Assembly: GCF_018350175.1 (NCBI RefSeq)
Contig: NC_058368.1
Location: forward strand, 233,246,001 to 233,310,000
Source: Felis catus
Lineage: Eukaryota
DNA length: 64,000 bases
Direction: 5' to 3'
This document shows positions 12,794-24,959 of this stretch, piece by piece (positions within the stretch are counted from its first letter, which is position 1; the number at the start of each line of letters is the position of its first letter). The notes beneath the pieces were generated by a model. That model worked only from the letters and a program-made list of their open reading frames with translations. It was not told where the DNA came from and did no database searches. A program made the position numbers and the translations under genes.

Positions 12794-13014
12794 TTTTTTT
12801 TTTTTAATTTTTTTTAACGTTTATTTATTTTTGAGACAGAGAGAGAGCATGAACGGGGGAAGGGCAGAGAGAGAGGGATACAGAATCGGAAGCAGACTCC
12901 AGGCTCTGAGCCGTCAGCCCAGAGCCCGACGCAGGGCTCGAACTCACGGACCGCGCGAGATCGTGACCTGAGCCGAAGTAGGACGCTTAACCGACCGAGC
13001 CACCCAGGCGCCCC
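12794..13014 (-). mobile_element. SINEC_Fc with TSD
   Basis: Reverse-complement SINE; TSD TATGTCTCTACATTTCT on both sides. Confidence 0.95.
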
Positions 13015-13177
13015 ATATGTCTCTACATTTCTTAGTGTGCTCTTTTACCATTTTTTGCCTTCATCTTTTTCCGTCTACTTGCTACCCAGCTCTTTCTTAC
13101 AGAAAAAAGTGTAAAACATTATTGAAATTCTTCAAAAGCTCAACACTTCATTACTTGGAGTTTTGGGATTTGGGGCA

Positions 13178-13290
13178 TGTATATGCACACACACACACAT
13201 ATGTATATGTGTGTGTGTATATATGTATATATATACACATATGTATATGTGCATATGTGTGTGTGTGTACACACACACACACACACACAC
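13178..13290. repeat. (CA)/(TA)/(TG) compound microsatellite
   Basis: Direct reading. Confidence 0.9.
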
Positions 13291-13412
13291 GGCATTTAGC
13301 ATGTATATATACAATATGACTCTCACTCAATAGAGTGGCTTTCCTGGACCGCGTATCTTCTGGACATGTTCACGTTGACTGGTAGCATTTCATTCAAGAA
13401 AAGATTTCTTTG

Positions 13413-13537
13413 GGGGCACCTGGGTGACACAGTCAGTTAAGCGACCAACTCTTGGTCTCTGCTAGGTCATGATCTCACGGTTTGTGAGTTTGAGCTCAGC
13501 CGTCAGGCTCTACGCGACAGCTTAGAGCTCGTTTGGG

Positions 13538-13573
<36 letters not shown>

Positions 13574-13909
13574 TCTCTCTCTGGCCCTCTGCCACCCACG
13601 CTATCTCTGTCCCTCTCAAAATAAATAAATAAAACTTTTAAGAAGAAAAAAATTGTGCATATGTCCAAAGTCATCCAACTGGATTCATTAAAGATGTACA
13701 GATTTTTTGGGTGCCTGGGTAGCTCAATCAATTAAGCATCTGACTTGGCTTTGGCTCAGGTCATGATCTTGCAGTTTCGTGGGTTCAAGCCCCACATCAG
13801 GCTCTGTGCTGGCAGCACGGAGCCTGCTTGGGATTCTCTCTCCTTCTCTCTGCTCCTCCCCCAGTCACACTATCCCTGTCTCTCTCAAAATAAATTCACT
13901 TTAAAAAAA
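13413..13909 (+). mobile_element. Two tandem SINEC copies (13413-13650, 13708-13909)
   Basis: Two heads, bodies and A-tails. Confidence 0.9.
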
Positions 13910-16050
13910 TGTACAGTTTTTTGTATAGCAATTACACCCAAGAAAGCTGTTTAAAAACAAAGCGAAAACCCTTTTTTTATGTGGGGAAGAATGGACTACA
14001 GCGTGCTGGAGAGAGGGTGAGTACAATATAGCTTAATAAATCAGTCAACAAAAGCAGCAGATACTAACTCCATGAAAATTAAAAACCTGATTGGCTTTCC
14101 TTTTGCCAACAGAAAAAAAATTTTAACTGCTTAGGACATCACAGAATTATCACAAAGCTTGTTGGTCCTGTCCAGGGCCCTAAGCGAGAGGCCACGGGGA
14201 TCTGAAGGTCATGCGGGAGCAGCAGCATGGGGTTTGGCTGGGAAACCTTTCCCAGTCTCTGACGAAGGCACTTCTTAAAGTTCTTCAAGAAACAGTGGTG
14301 CCTTAGCACCTCTGAAAACTTGGCACCCTTTGAGGCTGTGCAAAAAAGACACTCGACCAAACTGTTCCCTAAATGGTAGTATTTATTTCAATGCTTGCAT
14401 ACAATTGCATGAGATACACTATTTACATAAAACGTAAGTACAAACAATATAATACAATTTATAACACACATAATTAGGATTCTCTTATTTTTTTGCCCAG
14501 AAAACATATTGGCAGAAAGCGACAGCAGGAGGGTTACTAAAGGAAGAATTTGAGAATTGTTAGCAATACCCGGGATCATTCTTTATGTTTTGTTTTGTTT
14601 TGTTTTGTTTTGTTTTGAAGATGAATCAGTTTGGGTTCTAGAAATTGGCAATTCACTAAGAGGGGTGAGTGAGCACGTTGTCACTTCTGCCATAATAATT
14701 TTATTTTATCAACATGCTTTCCTTAGAGCTGGGGCTTGGAATGTCTGTGGGTGGTTTCTGGTGATGGTTGGGGTAGCTCCCCACCCTTCTCTGAACCTTC
14801 CAGAACTGATCTAATGCAGCAGGCGAGGATCTCCCAGCCTGGGCTGCCACACTGGTGTCACAACTGTCTTTGAAAATGATGTCATTTCATGACCAGTGTC
14901 ATTAAACAACATTTTTAAATGTACAACTGGACAGCTCCCAAAGGCGCATTTAAGACCAGCGAGTTAAAACAGAAATTTATATCGTTCATGTCTAACAGCA
15001 AGATTTCAAATGACCGCAATAATTAAAATCATCAAGACTGCGCAAATGTATGGTGCGTCCAATGAGCCAGTGAGGAAACACCCAGTAAAACATGAGCGTT
15101 CCAACAGGACAACTGAAATTACATTGCCTCATTCCAATGAAGGGGGAAATGCTATCTCATTGCATAAAAGCTCCATTGTGATTAATGATTTGGGGGAGGA
15201 GTGAGCTCAGGAACTTCCTACGCTTCTACCAAGGTTTGAAGTTGACTTTCGAGAACGTCCATTGACAAAATAAAACAACTCCAAACAGGTTTATTTTGTG
15301 TCACATAACACCCAACACAATTTAACACAAAATGAGGCATTTAACATTTCATAATGTGTCTAGAAGTCACATCAAATGGCATAGCACAAATTTGTTGTCA
15401 TGCACTTTATAAAATCCTGCATTGGACCAAATGTATGCATTTTCCCTGCAGACGATGCTGTTTTGGTGGTGAGTCTAGATGCTCAAACTGGAGGTTCAGG
15501 ACGTACTTCCTTTCAAAGCGCAAAAGTCCGAGTCTGATGTTGGTTTACAGTCACGGTATAAGGCAAAAGTGGTCAACTTCAGCAGAAAAGCATTAACTTT
15601 CTTAGCCAAAGCTGATGATGCCCTTTGCAAACCTGTGAAACAGTTTGAAATTTCCCTTTTAAAAAACCAGGTGACATTCTAGGGAGTTCTCATGTGACCA
15701 GTCACCACATCTGTGGCAGCTATCAGCGGCCAGTGTCTTATCTGCCTGCGTCTATGGGCTTTCCTGAAGAAGAATAAAACAGTTTCTAATTCCTCTAGGC
15801 ATTACACTCCCATTCCTGTTACAGAACAAACACTGCAGTGTTTACTTATTTGGGTGAAGTTCATTTGTTTCTTGTTTGGTTGGTTGGTTTTGAAAGATGC
15901 AAAAATGAGAATGGGGTCAGATTCTGGAAGGCTGAGGCTGGGTTAACCTGAATTCTAAATTGCCTTTTTCCTAGGCCCGCATCCCCAGTGGAGCCTGACG
16001 AGGCTTGTATTGCTTGTTTTCTATTCCTGAGTTCAAAAAGTAATTTTCTG

Positions 16051-16256
16051 TTTTTTTAAGTTTATTTATGTATTTTGAGAGAGAAAGAGAGAGTGAGCAG
16101 GGGAGGGGCAGAGAAAGATGGAGAGAGAATCCCAAGCAGGCTCCACACCTTCAGCACGAAGCCCAACATGGGGCTTGAACCCAGGAACCATGAGTTCATG
16201 ACCTGAGCCGAAACCAACAGTCGGGCCCTTAACGGACCGAACCACCCAGGCACCCC
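16051..16256 (-). mobile_element. SINEC
   Basis: Reverse-complement SINE ending CCCAGGCACCCC. Confidence 0.9.
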
Positions 16257-17045
16257 AAAGGGTAATTTCCTTTAAAGTATATCCAATCAACCATCTGCTT
16301 CTAACTGGAACCAATAATATCTACTCGTAATGATTAATCACCGTCTTAAGGCACTGGCAACTTTTTATAGGAAATTAAACTATCAACGGTAGGATGCTAA
16401 CATGATAGAGGATGGCTTGGATTTTCCAGAATCCGGATCTCCCTCTCAGCCTATGAATCTGTAACATTCAGCCATTTCAAGTTTTTCTTGTTGTGGAGGA
16501 TTAAATTACCAGGAGCTGAGAAAGAAAGGGAGCACATTTGAACTCCTGGCCTCTGATCGCTGATTAAATTAGGAGAAGAGGAACATAGCTTCTTGGCCAA
16601 CCTACACTTGAGTTAAGACATCTACCACTAGCAACGTGTAATGAATGTTACACTACTTTTCTCCTTTCTGGCCTGAAAGTGTGCTTGATGGGCTAGCTTT
16701 ATCTTGTCAACACAATAAAATAGGTTTATCTGAATTAGATCTGATATCAAATTTTATCATGGGTAATAGGCTTGATTTTTTACCAGTTGCAGAGCTAATA
16801 TGATCTTTAGAAAAGACTATATGAAGTGACTTTGGTAGGAATTGTACAATTGGTATCAAACTCTGATTAGGTTTTTATGATGTTGTAAGTCACTTTGCAG
16901 TGTGTATTTTCAGAGGAGATCAGGTCTTCATTCCTGATCTTTCTAACACCAAATTTCTGATCACAGACTGTACTAAACTGGAATAACATCATATTCCGTC
17001 TGCAAGAAGAAATATACAATTCCTCTTTAATATAAGTTCATGTAT

Positions 17046-17260
17046 GGGGCGCCTGGGTGGCGCAGTCGGTTAAGCGTCCAACTTCAGCCAGGTCAGGATC
17101 TCGCGGTCCGTGAGTTCGAGCCCCGCGTCAGGCTCTGGGCTGATAGCTCAGAGCCTGGAGCCTGTTTCCGATTCTGTGTCTCCCTCTCTCTCTGCCCCTC
17201 CCCCGTTCATGATCTGTCTCTCTCTGTCCCAAAAATAAATAAACGTTGAAAAAAAAAATT
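17046..17260 (+). mobile_element. Young SINEC_Fc with TSD
   Basis: TSD TTTAATATAAGTTCATGT at 17026-17043 and 17261-17278. Confidence 0.95.
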
Positions 17261-18434
17261 TTTAATATAAGTTCATGTTAAAAGAAGTAGGAATATTGTC
17301 ATTTTAAAAATCACTGTCAGAACTTCAGCATGCAGAAAGGCGATCGGGCAGGGAAAACACATCTCATTCATTGTGTTTCAACATCCAAAGGAGAAAAAGA
17401 GGAAAGATTAGAGCAATATATTTTCTTTGCTTTTGTAATTTTGAAACAAATAACCTGAATGCCGTGGTCCAGTATTTATTGGGTTACAAAGCATCCTTAA
17501 ATCAGTTATAAATCAATTATTATTACTGCCGTCAATAGGAGAAAACAGCAGAAATAAATTCCAAAATGGTACCCGGTCTGCAAATGTTTTATCCTACATG
17601 GTGATGTATTGTGCAATATTTGGTATTACCGTTGATGCACTTCTCAGGCCAAAATAAATAATACTTTATGTTCTCAAACTTCACAACCACTGATCAAAGA
17701 AGCAAGGGAGTCGGAATGACTTTTGAGTGTCTGCCTTGGCTAATCCATTGATTAGTAACCAACTATTGGCTATGTCATGTCATTAGAAATCGCTAAGCAC
17801 ACCATGAATAAATGGATATATTGGTCGTGACCAATGCAATCATCTTAAAAATTACAGCAATGAGTTTGCAAATGAGTTGATTTAAGGATGTCATTTGAAT
17901 ACTCTACTTACATAGAAACTGGTTATTGGAGTTTATGAGACTAGAGCACCAGGCCCCCACGTGGAGAACAGCTGCAGAGTTCATTGTATCCATTCGGTAC
18001 CTGCTCTCCGCCTGTTATGTACCCCAGAGCTCTCTTTTGAGATAGAAATTTGAATTCACATATAATGGAGACACTTCAAAAATGCACGCATTAACGAAAC
18101 AGAACAAACAAACAAATCACCACTGCCCCCCCTCCAAAAAAACCCAAAAAACAGAAAACAAAGGAGTGTAAAAAACCTCCTGGGGCCAAAGAAACTCGAT
18201 GGCCTTCAGCAAAGTCTGAAGCCCTGCAGACGCTTTGACAGTGCTGGGGAAATGTTCACAATTATTCTGAAAGCAAGGAAAACGTTATAAAGAGACATCA
18301 GCATTCGTGTGAATTCAAGCACTAGCAAGGAAGGCTGCACTTTGTGCATCAAACAGGTATTTGGACAACATGACTAGCTGAGTGCAGACTCCTACAGACT
18401 TCAAATAAAGTCCCCTCTGATCTTCAGTTTCACC

Positions 18435-19260
18435 CGCGTGTACCCCGGCAGGTGGCCCTGGGGACGCGGCATCCCCCGTTGGGACTCTGTCACAGCTTGG
18501 AAGGCTCTGCCCCGCCAGTGCCACCGCAGCCTGGGGTGCAAACGCGCACCCTCGTGGGCCGGGGGCCCCCACGGCCTCACCCTTGTGCGGACAGAGCAGG
18601 ACACGAGGGCGCCCGGGGCGGAACCCCCTGCGGCCTGCGCAGTGGATCCCCCCAGGGTCCTGGCTTCAGACCCACAGAGCCCGGGACCATCCCTTCCACT
18701 CGGCCTGGAGCCGCCGCCTCCCCATCTTCCCACACCCCCCCCCCCTACTTTCCGCCCTTTCCCACCTCCTCTTCTCTTTGGCATCGGCCCGCGAGGCAGT
18801 GGGGCCAGACCCCGGTCCCCCCGGGCACGCGGGCGGCCCCTTCCCGGGGACCGGGCTCCCCCCGGGGCAGGGACACCCCGATGCCCCCGCCGGCCGCCCC
18901 TGCACCTGCCCTGCACACGAGGCAGCGCCGGGGGTGAGCAGGCTCGGGCGTCCCCGGAGGAGGGGGCTCAGAGGCCCCCACGGAAACGGGTCCCCGGCGA
19001 GGGGGGCAAACGTGCGGGGCAGCGCCCAGTCCGGTGACCGCGGGGCCTCCGTGGGGCAGAACCCACCCGGCCCCAGACTCCTCCCAAGTCCCAGTCCTGT
19101 GACTCAGGGTGACACAGGCCAGGGGCTCCTCACCTCCACCGCCCCCCCCCACCCGAGCGGCCTGGGGAAGGGCCCTGCTGTGCCTCCTTCCTGAGGGAGG
19201 ATGCAGCCCCCTGGTGCCAGTCCCCTCTGGAGAACGGACCCTGAGCAGCACTGCCCCTGG
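18435..19260. promoter_or_regulatory. Orphan CpG island
   Basis: Very high GC and CpG with C/G tracts; overlapping ORFs are low-complexity P/G/R/A. Confidence 0.65.
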
Positions 19261-19469
19261 GAGTCCCTTCCAAAGAATTTGAATGTGAGACTAAAAGCCA
19301 GTGTCCTAAGGAAAACCAGCCAAACTTCAACCGTATCCAGAAATAATCCTAGAGATTAAACTGGGATTAGTGTCATTTGAGATTAGTGTCATTTGATTTT
19401 TCTTTTAGCAGGATTCCATTGTGGGGGGGGGGGTAGCTTAAAAGTATCCGCTCTAATTGTGCTTCTCAT

Positions 19470-20100
19470 AGTAAAAAGAAAAAAGAATGTCAACCAGTGT
19501 TGGTGAGGATGCGGAGAAGGGGGAGCCCTCTTGCACTGCCGGTGGGAGTGCAAACTGGGGCAGCCCTCTGGAGCACAGCCGGGGGTTCCTGAAAACATTA
19601 AAAATAGAGCTACCCTGATGACATTTGAAGTGGGGTTTATGAGCCAAGGGCTAAGAAAGAATTCTCGAGATTTTTTTTTTTTTTTTTGATGCAAAAAAGT
19701 GATTTTATTAAAGCACAGGGACAGGACCCGTGGGCAGAAAAGTCTGCGCTGGGAATGTAAGGAGTGACTGATTACATACTTTTAACTTTGTGGAAGGATG
19801 GGGGATAGAGATAAAGTGAGTTTCTGATGAATTTCTGGATGCTGAAAGCGGGGTCTGACAGGACCCTGAAGATTTAGCTATTGTCAAGATAAGGTTGCTT
19901 TTAGTTTTTAATGACGTGTAAACATTAAGCCATTAAGACAGCCTGAAGCGCCTGAAGGAATGTTTCTCGCTGGCACCTGTCAGTGGGCTGCAGGCTAAAC
20001 TTCATTTTTCTTGCCTTTGTTTCCCTCATCAGCCTCTAGGATCCAGTAATCACACCTCGGGGTGTTTACTTAATTTGCAAAAACACCAATTCAAAGGGAC
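19470..20100 (+). mobile_element. Carnivore L1 ORF2 3' fragment split by an LTR
   Basis: TGTTGGTGAGGATGCGGAGAAGGGGGAGCCCTCTTGCACTG...AAAAATAGAGCTACCC, resuming as GATCCAGTAATCACAC after 20036. Confidence 0.85.
19616..20031 (-). mobile_element. Solo LTR (~416 bp), probably a carnivore ERV, nested in L1
   Basis: TGATGA...TCATCA inverted termini; AATAAA on the minus strand near 19704; cleanly interrupts the L1. Confidence 0.75.
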
Positions 20101-20104
20101 GGAC

Positions 20105-20760
20105 CCCTCCACACCCATTAAGGTGGCTAAACTCCAAAAAGTGCACGATAGCGGTTACTGGCAAGACTGCGGAGGAGCTGGGGGTCCCATTCCTAGCTGG
20201 TGGGAACAATGTCCTGCGGCCGCTTGGAAGACACGTGAGCAGCTTTGTATGGTGCTACACAAAGCCTCACCATAGTAACAGCAGAAGTCCTCCTAGATTT
20301 TTCTCAACTGATCTTAAAACTTACAGACACACAAAACCTGGCACACGGAAGTTTATAGCAGCTTTTTTCATTATCAAAAAACCCAGAACCTGGAAGCAGT
20401 CAAGGTGTCCTTCAGTAGATGACTGGGTACACAAACTATGGTATATCCACACAATGGGGGATTTTTTATTAATTTTTTTTTAATTTTAACCTTTATTTAT
20501 GTTTGAGAGACAGATCATGAGCAGGGGAGAGGCAGACACAGAATCCGAAGCAGGCTCCAGGCTCTGAGCCGTCAGCATAGAGCCCAGCTTGGGGTTTGAA
20601 CCCACGAACCTTGAGATCATGACCTGAGCCGAAGTCAGACGCTTAGCCGACAGAGCCACCCAGGCGCCCCTGCAATGGGGGATTTATTGTTCGGCAATAG
20701 AAAGAAATGAGCTACCAAGCTTCACAAAGATGTAGATGAATATTTCATGTAAATTGCGTG
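20105..20760 (+). mobile_element. Old L1 3' fragment containing a minus-strand SINEC (20464-20670)
   Basis: TGTCCTTCAGTAGATGACTGGGTACACAAACTATGGTATATCCA L1 motif; SINE TSD CAATGGGGGATTT. Confidence 0.8.
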
Positions 20761-21349
20761 AAGATTTCCAATTAATTCTGAAGATTCCTCTGCCCCAAGC
20801 AAGCCCCGAGGACCAGTGAAATGATGGCAGAAATGCCCCAGGTAACAGGACCACACAGCCCTCATGCTGGAATCCGGTTTAGATCAGCCCCATGTTTTCA
20901 TTCTGGGAATTCATTTGGAAAGTTCCGGAGAACTCCACAGTATTCTTTAGGTGTGGGTATGCAGGGGGCGGGGTGTTCCGTGTGAAATGAGTTCTCTCCT
21001 CTTCCTCGTACCGTAGGGGTCCAGTTCTCCGGGGGCCGTGAGAAGCATGTTCTTAACTCACAAGGATGCTTCCATCCGACCCCTGTGAGGAACTGACAGA
21101 TTCTGGATCCTGCTTTCCTTAGAGGCCCAGTGGGAAAGAGCAAACTGCTTGCAAGGAAGAGAAATGACATGGGTAGGATAGAGAGGCCATCAAAGCAGCG
21201 CTTAAGAATGTTTTGTTTTAATCGTCAAATGAAACAGAAAATCAGTATTTAGTTTACTTAAAGAGAACTCCCTTCCCTCGTGTATGCGACACAGAAGGTT
21301 AGACAGCCCTTGATGCTGTCCCAGTGCCCTTGCGGCCCCGTAAAGAGGC

Positions 21350-21745
21350 ACAGCAGAGATAATGCCTTGCTGGGCATCGGACCTGATGGATAGTCACTCA
21401 TTTAAACCTTACAGCAATATGGAAATTATTGTTTTAAATAGTGTTATACCCATTCAGAGATGAAGACGCTGAGCTACAGCAGAGGGAAGTGGGTTCCCCA
21501 GCACCGCTTGGCTAACAGGAAGTGGCCCTCGTCTGTCTTGTTCTGAACCGCCCCTCAATTCCCCTGAGAGCCCGGCTTAGTGAGCACTTCTGTGCCATAC
21601 CAATCAAGGACTTTTATATCAAGTATCTCGTTTGATCCTCGCAGCAGTTCTGGAAGCCAAGCCTTATCACCTCCAACTTACAGACGCGGGAACGGATGCT
21701 CAGAGCGTGTGAGCAACTCTCTCAAGGTGACAGAGGTCCGTCAGG
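21350..21745 (-). mobile_element. Two MIR fragments
   Basis: CCCATTCAGAGATGAAGACGCTGAG and ACTTACAGACGCGGGAACGGATGCTCAGAG cores. Confidence 0.55.
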
Positions 21746-21960
21746 TCCAAAGTTAACGTTCCTTTCCCCCCTTCTTCCTCGGAACCAGGAGACAGGCCAT
21801 CGACACAAATGTCTGACTTAAAAACGAGTGGTTTCATTGCCCGCTGGGGGGAAAAAAATAACAAAATGCACCAGAAATGTGAAGCATCGCCTTATAGTGT
21901 GCAAAGAACCTTCGCTGCACTTTAAGATTGATTTGAAAGGAATGCAAACGTTGTCTCGGG

Positions 21961-21974
21961 GCGCCATCTAGAGG
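21961..21974 (-). promoter_or_regulatory. Candidate CTCF site
   Basis: Minus strand CCTCTAGATGGCGC versus consensus CCASYAGRKGGCRS, one mismatch. Confidence 0.55.
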
Positions 21975-24959
21975 ACAGTCTCTGAAGTGACACCCTCTTC
22001 CTCTTGCCCCCAGCTAGGCGCAGAGCACAACTTCCCACGCAAATTCTCTCAGTTTGGGGCTGAGACGCACCCGGACTCCGGACAGCTGTCCGACACTGGG
22101 CAGGGCTTCATTTCTTGGGTTTCCCTTGACCCTTTAAAATCTATGCACCCAGGCGACATGTCACTGTTTCATGAGGAAAGCAAAACTAAAAGAAGGTGAT
22201 CGATCATGAGAGGGAGCCCTTTACTTTTCCCACCACCCCGTGACCTGTGCCACTGGGCTCTACCAACAGCCCCCAGGGTCCACCTGCCTTCCTTGTGCAC
22301 CTGGCTGCAGGGGGTGGCTGCCCATCCCTGCCCTTGGTGGCCTCCACTGAGTCACACGTGTCCGGAGGCTGACGTGACTCGTGCTGGTGTTGAGGGAGGC
22401 GGGAGGTAGGGCCGCGGCTGGCTTCGTAGGCACCGTGTCACCAAGGATGGAGATACTCAACCCTGCAGCGGTCACATGGACGACAGGATCAAAGCCAAGT
22501 CGCTTCTTCCTCCTTCTATGCTTCTCTCCCAGTCTTGTTCCTGTTTTCCCTTATGCCTTCCCTCCCCTCCCTGAACGATTCCAGCTGCAGGTGCAGAATG
22601 AGGCAGGTGTGTGCGTGTCCCCGAGACAAGGTCCCCGGGGCTCTGCAGAGTCCCTCCTGAACCTGGAGGGGTGAGAAGCCCACGGGGAGCATCACAGCCT
22701 CACGTGGATCCACAGGATGTGGGTACCCTCAATCCCCACATCCTGATGTCTCCCTCTAGGCTGTGCCCTTTGCTGCTCCCGGATGCTGCGTTCTGGGGAC
22801 CCATGAGAGAGGGAGCCGCCTGTCCAAGTGAGCACAGAGCCTGGGTTCGCTGCAAGCCACAACCCACTCGCTCCTACCTGAATCCTAATGCAGGTGTCCA
22901 GTGTCTTCAGCACCAGGACCTGGATGACCCAGGCGGAAGTTACTAGAATATTCTACAGGTATCATCTACTCCCCAACACCCACCTGTTTTTCACTTTTTG
23001 GTTCTTTGCTCAGTGGTTTAACAAAACGGAAGCAATTCATAAACCTCTGGCCTTTCCCGATTTTGTCTGGAGCCTCTAGAACTGGAGACCCCCAACCTGG
23101 GAAGGGTGGACAGAGCATCCGGGGAACTTTCCACCAGCAACCGCCCGAAATGTCTACTATAACATTGAGGTTGTGCCCAAGATAAGCAAGAGTGGATCTC
23201 ACATATGTTGCCATTGTTTTATACTTTAGCCAATTGGACTCCCCACGGTCAATGCCACCTACCGATAAAAGTACTTTCTCCTGCATGATAACACTTTATT
23301 ATAACATATGAAAGATATATGATTCTCTCCATATGCAGAGGCGTTGTCATCAGTCCAATGAATCGTCCCTGCAGGTGCCTGGGGAGGGCTGGGGCCAGCT
23401 GACATCTTTATGAGGATTATATAGTCTTTGTGTCTCGTGCAACTAAAAATAGCTAAGTTGAAAATTTTCAGCAGGGTCTACACTTTTCTGCATTGGGAAA
23501 AATCGTGCCTGTTACAACTCGTTTGAATTTGCTTAAGGTGGCTCTTTCCTTTCAACATGCTTTTTCGCTGTTATTGGCCAGTGAGCTGGCCCGGAACCCC
23601 CACCCCCCCGTAGGTTTAGGTCACTGATTTTCTGTGCCAAGTCTGATTTATTTCTCAAAGAAAAGAAGCAGTCTGTATTGTTTCCCTAAGTATTCTAAAG
23701 CCTCACTGTTGAATAATTGCTTATTTTTACGTATCCGTCCTAAAATGAGATGCATCTGACCTCTTACCCGCTTCTGTTGTTGTGTTCACATCAGCAGCCT
23801 CAAGAGTTCACACATCATTTCCGAGGACTGTAAGGTTCTTGTAACTTCAGTTAACATCGCCACGAGGTCTACTTCTGGGCTGCGCAGTTATCGAGCCCGG
23901 CTGGCTGGGACATGCACAAGCGGCATTTTGGGACAGGAGTGAGCTTTGCACTGCGTAGTCTTAGTGATCAAGGCCCTTGCAGGACTCCCACATCCTAACC
24001 CAGAGACAGGTGGCTGAGGGGACGTCCGCTGGTCACAGTCACCACTCCTATCCAGCACGTGTGTGACATACCAAGTGTTGTAACGGCATATGGATGGCAC
24101 AGACGGAAAGGTCCCAAGTTAGAGTGGACTTGAACCTGAGAGTGAGTTTTACGACACCCAGGGCTGTGGAAAGTTGACAGACTGTAAATGTAGGCAAATG
24201 TCACCATGTCCTGTTGTAATTGTCACCCGGAAGGCTGGGGACTTTCGTGGATTGCCACGGATCTGCAGGGTGAGCATCCCTAAATGCTTCAACCCTCTCT
24301 CACTCCTGGGTGCTTAAGCTGGCATGTATATAACTAACATACGAGGTATTTGGGGGGGGATGGAGTGTCTTCAGTCTGTCAATCGTGGCCACCGGGAAAG
24401 GAAACAATTTATAAAAGAATGGAGGGGAAATGGTCAGAAAATATCAGAAAGTAAGCACACAATCGAGAGAAAAACTTACTTCTAAGCCTCTTCTCTTCTA
24501 CCCAGGGACCTTGCCACAGACCCTTCTGGAAGAACAAAGTCATGGAAGGTGACATTAATGCTTCTCTTTAAGAATTCCTGTGTTTTTTTTTTTTACATGA
24601 CTTGAAGTTCTAGAAGCTTATTGTATGATAAAAATTACAATCTGTAGGTGCCCATATTTTTTCTACTTTGGGTTTTATGTTTGTTTATATGGCTGCTTTG
24701 GGTCAGGAATGCCTTGAGGAAATGGTGGGAGGACATGGCCCTTTGCTGTCTTTTAGGCTGAAAGCAAGGCACTAGCTGCAGCCAAATCCCCCATGCTGGA
24801 TTTCTGGTAGAAACCTCTCTGCGGGCGGCGGCCCTGGACGGTGCTTCCTGCTTGGGCTTTTTGGTCTCATCAAAAGCAGTGCTGCCCATCCCCCATAGAG
24901 GGGAACCGACCAGGATGTCACGAGATGCTCCTGAAAATCAACCGACCATCGTTACTCCC

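Noticed and set aside
18315..19330. Several 160-200-aa ORFs
   Set aside because: A by-product of extreme GC; low-complexity P/G/R/A with no splice or domain support.
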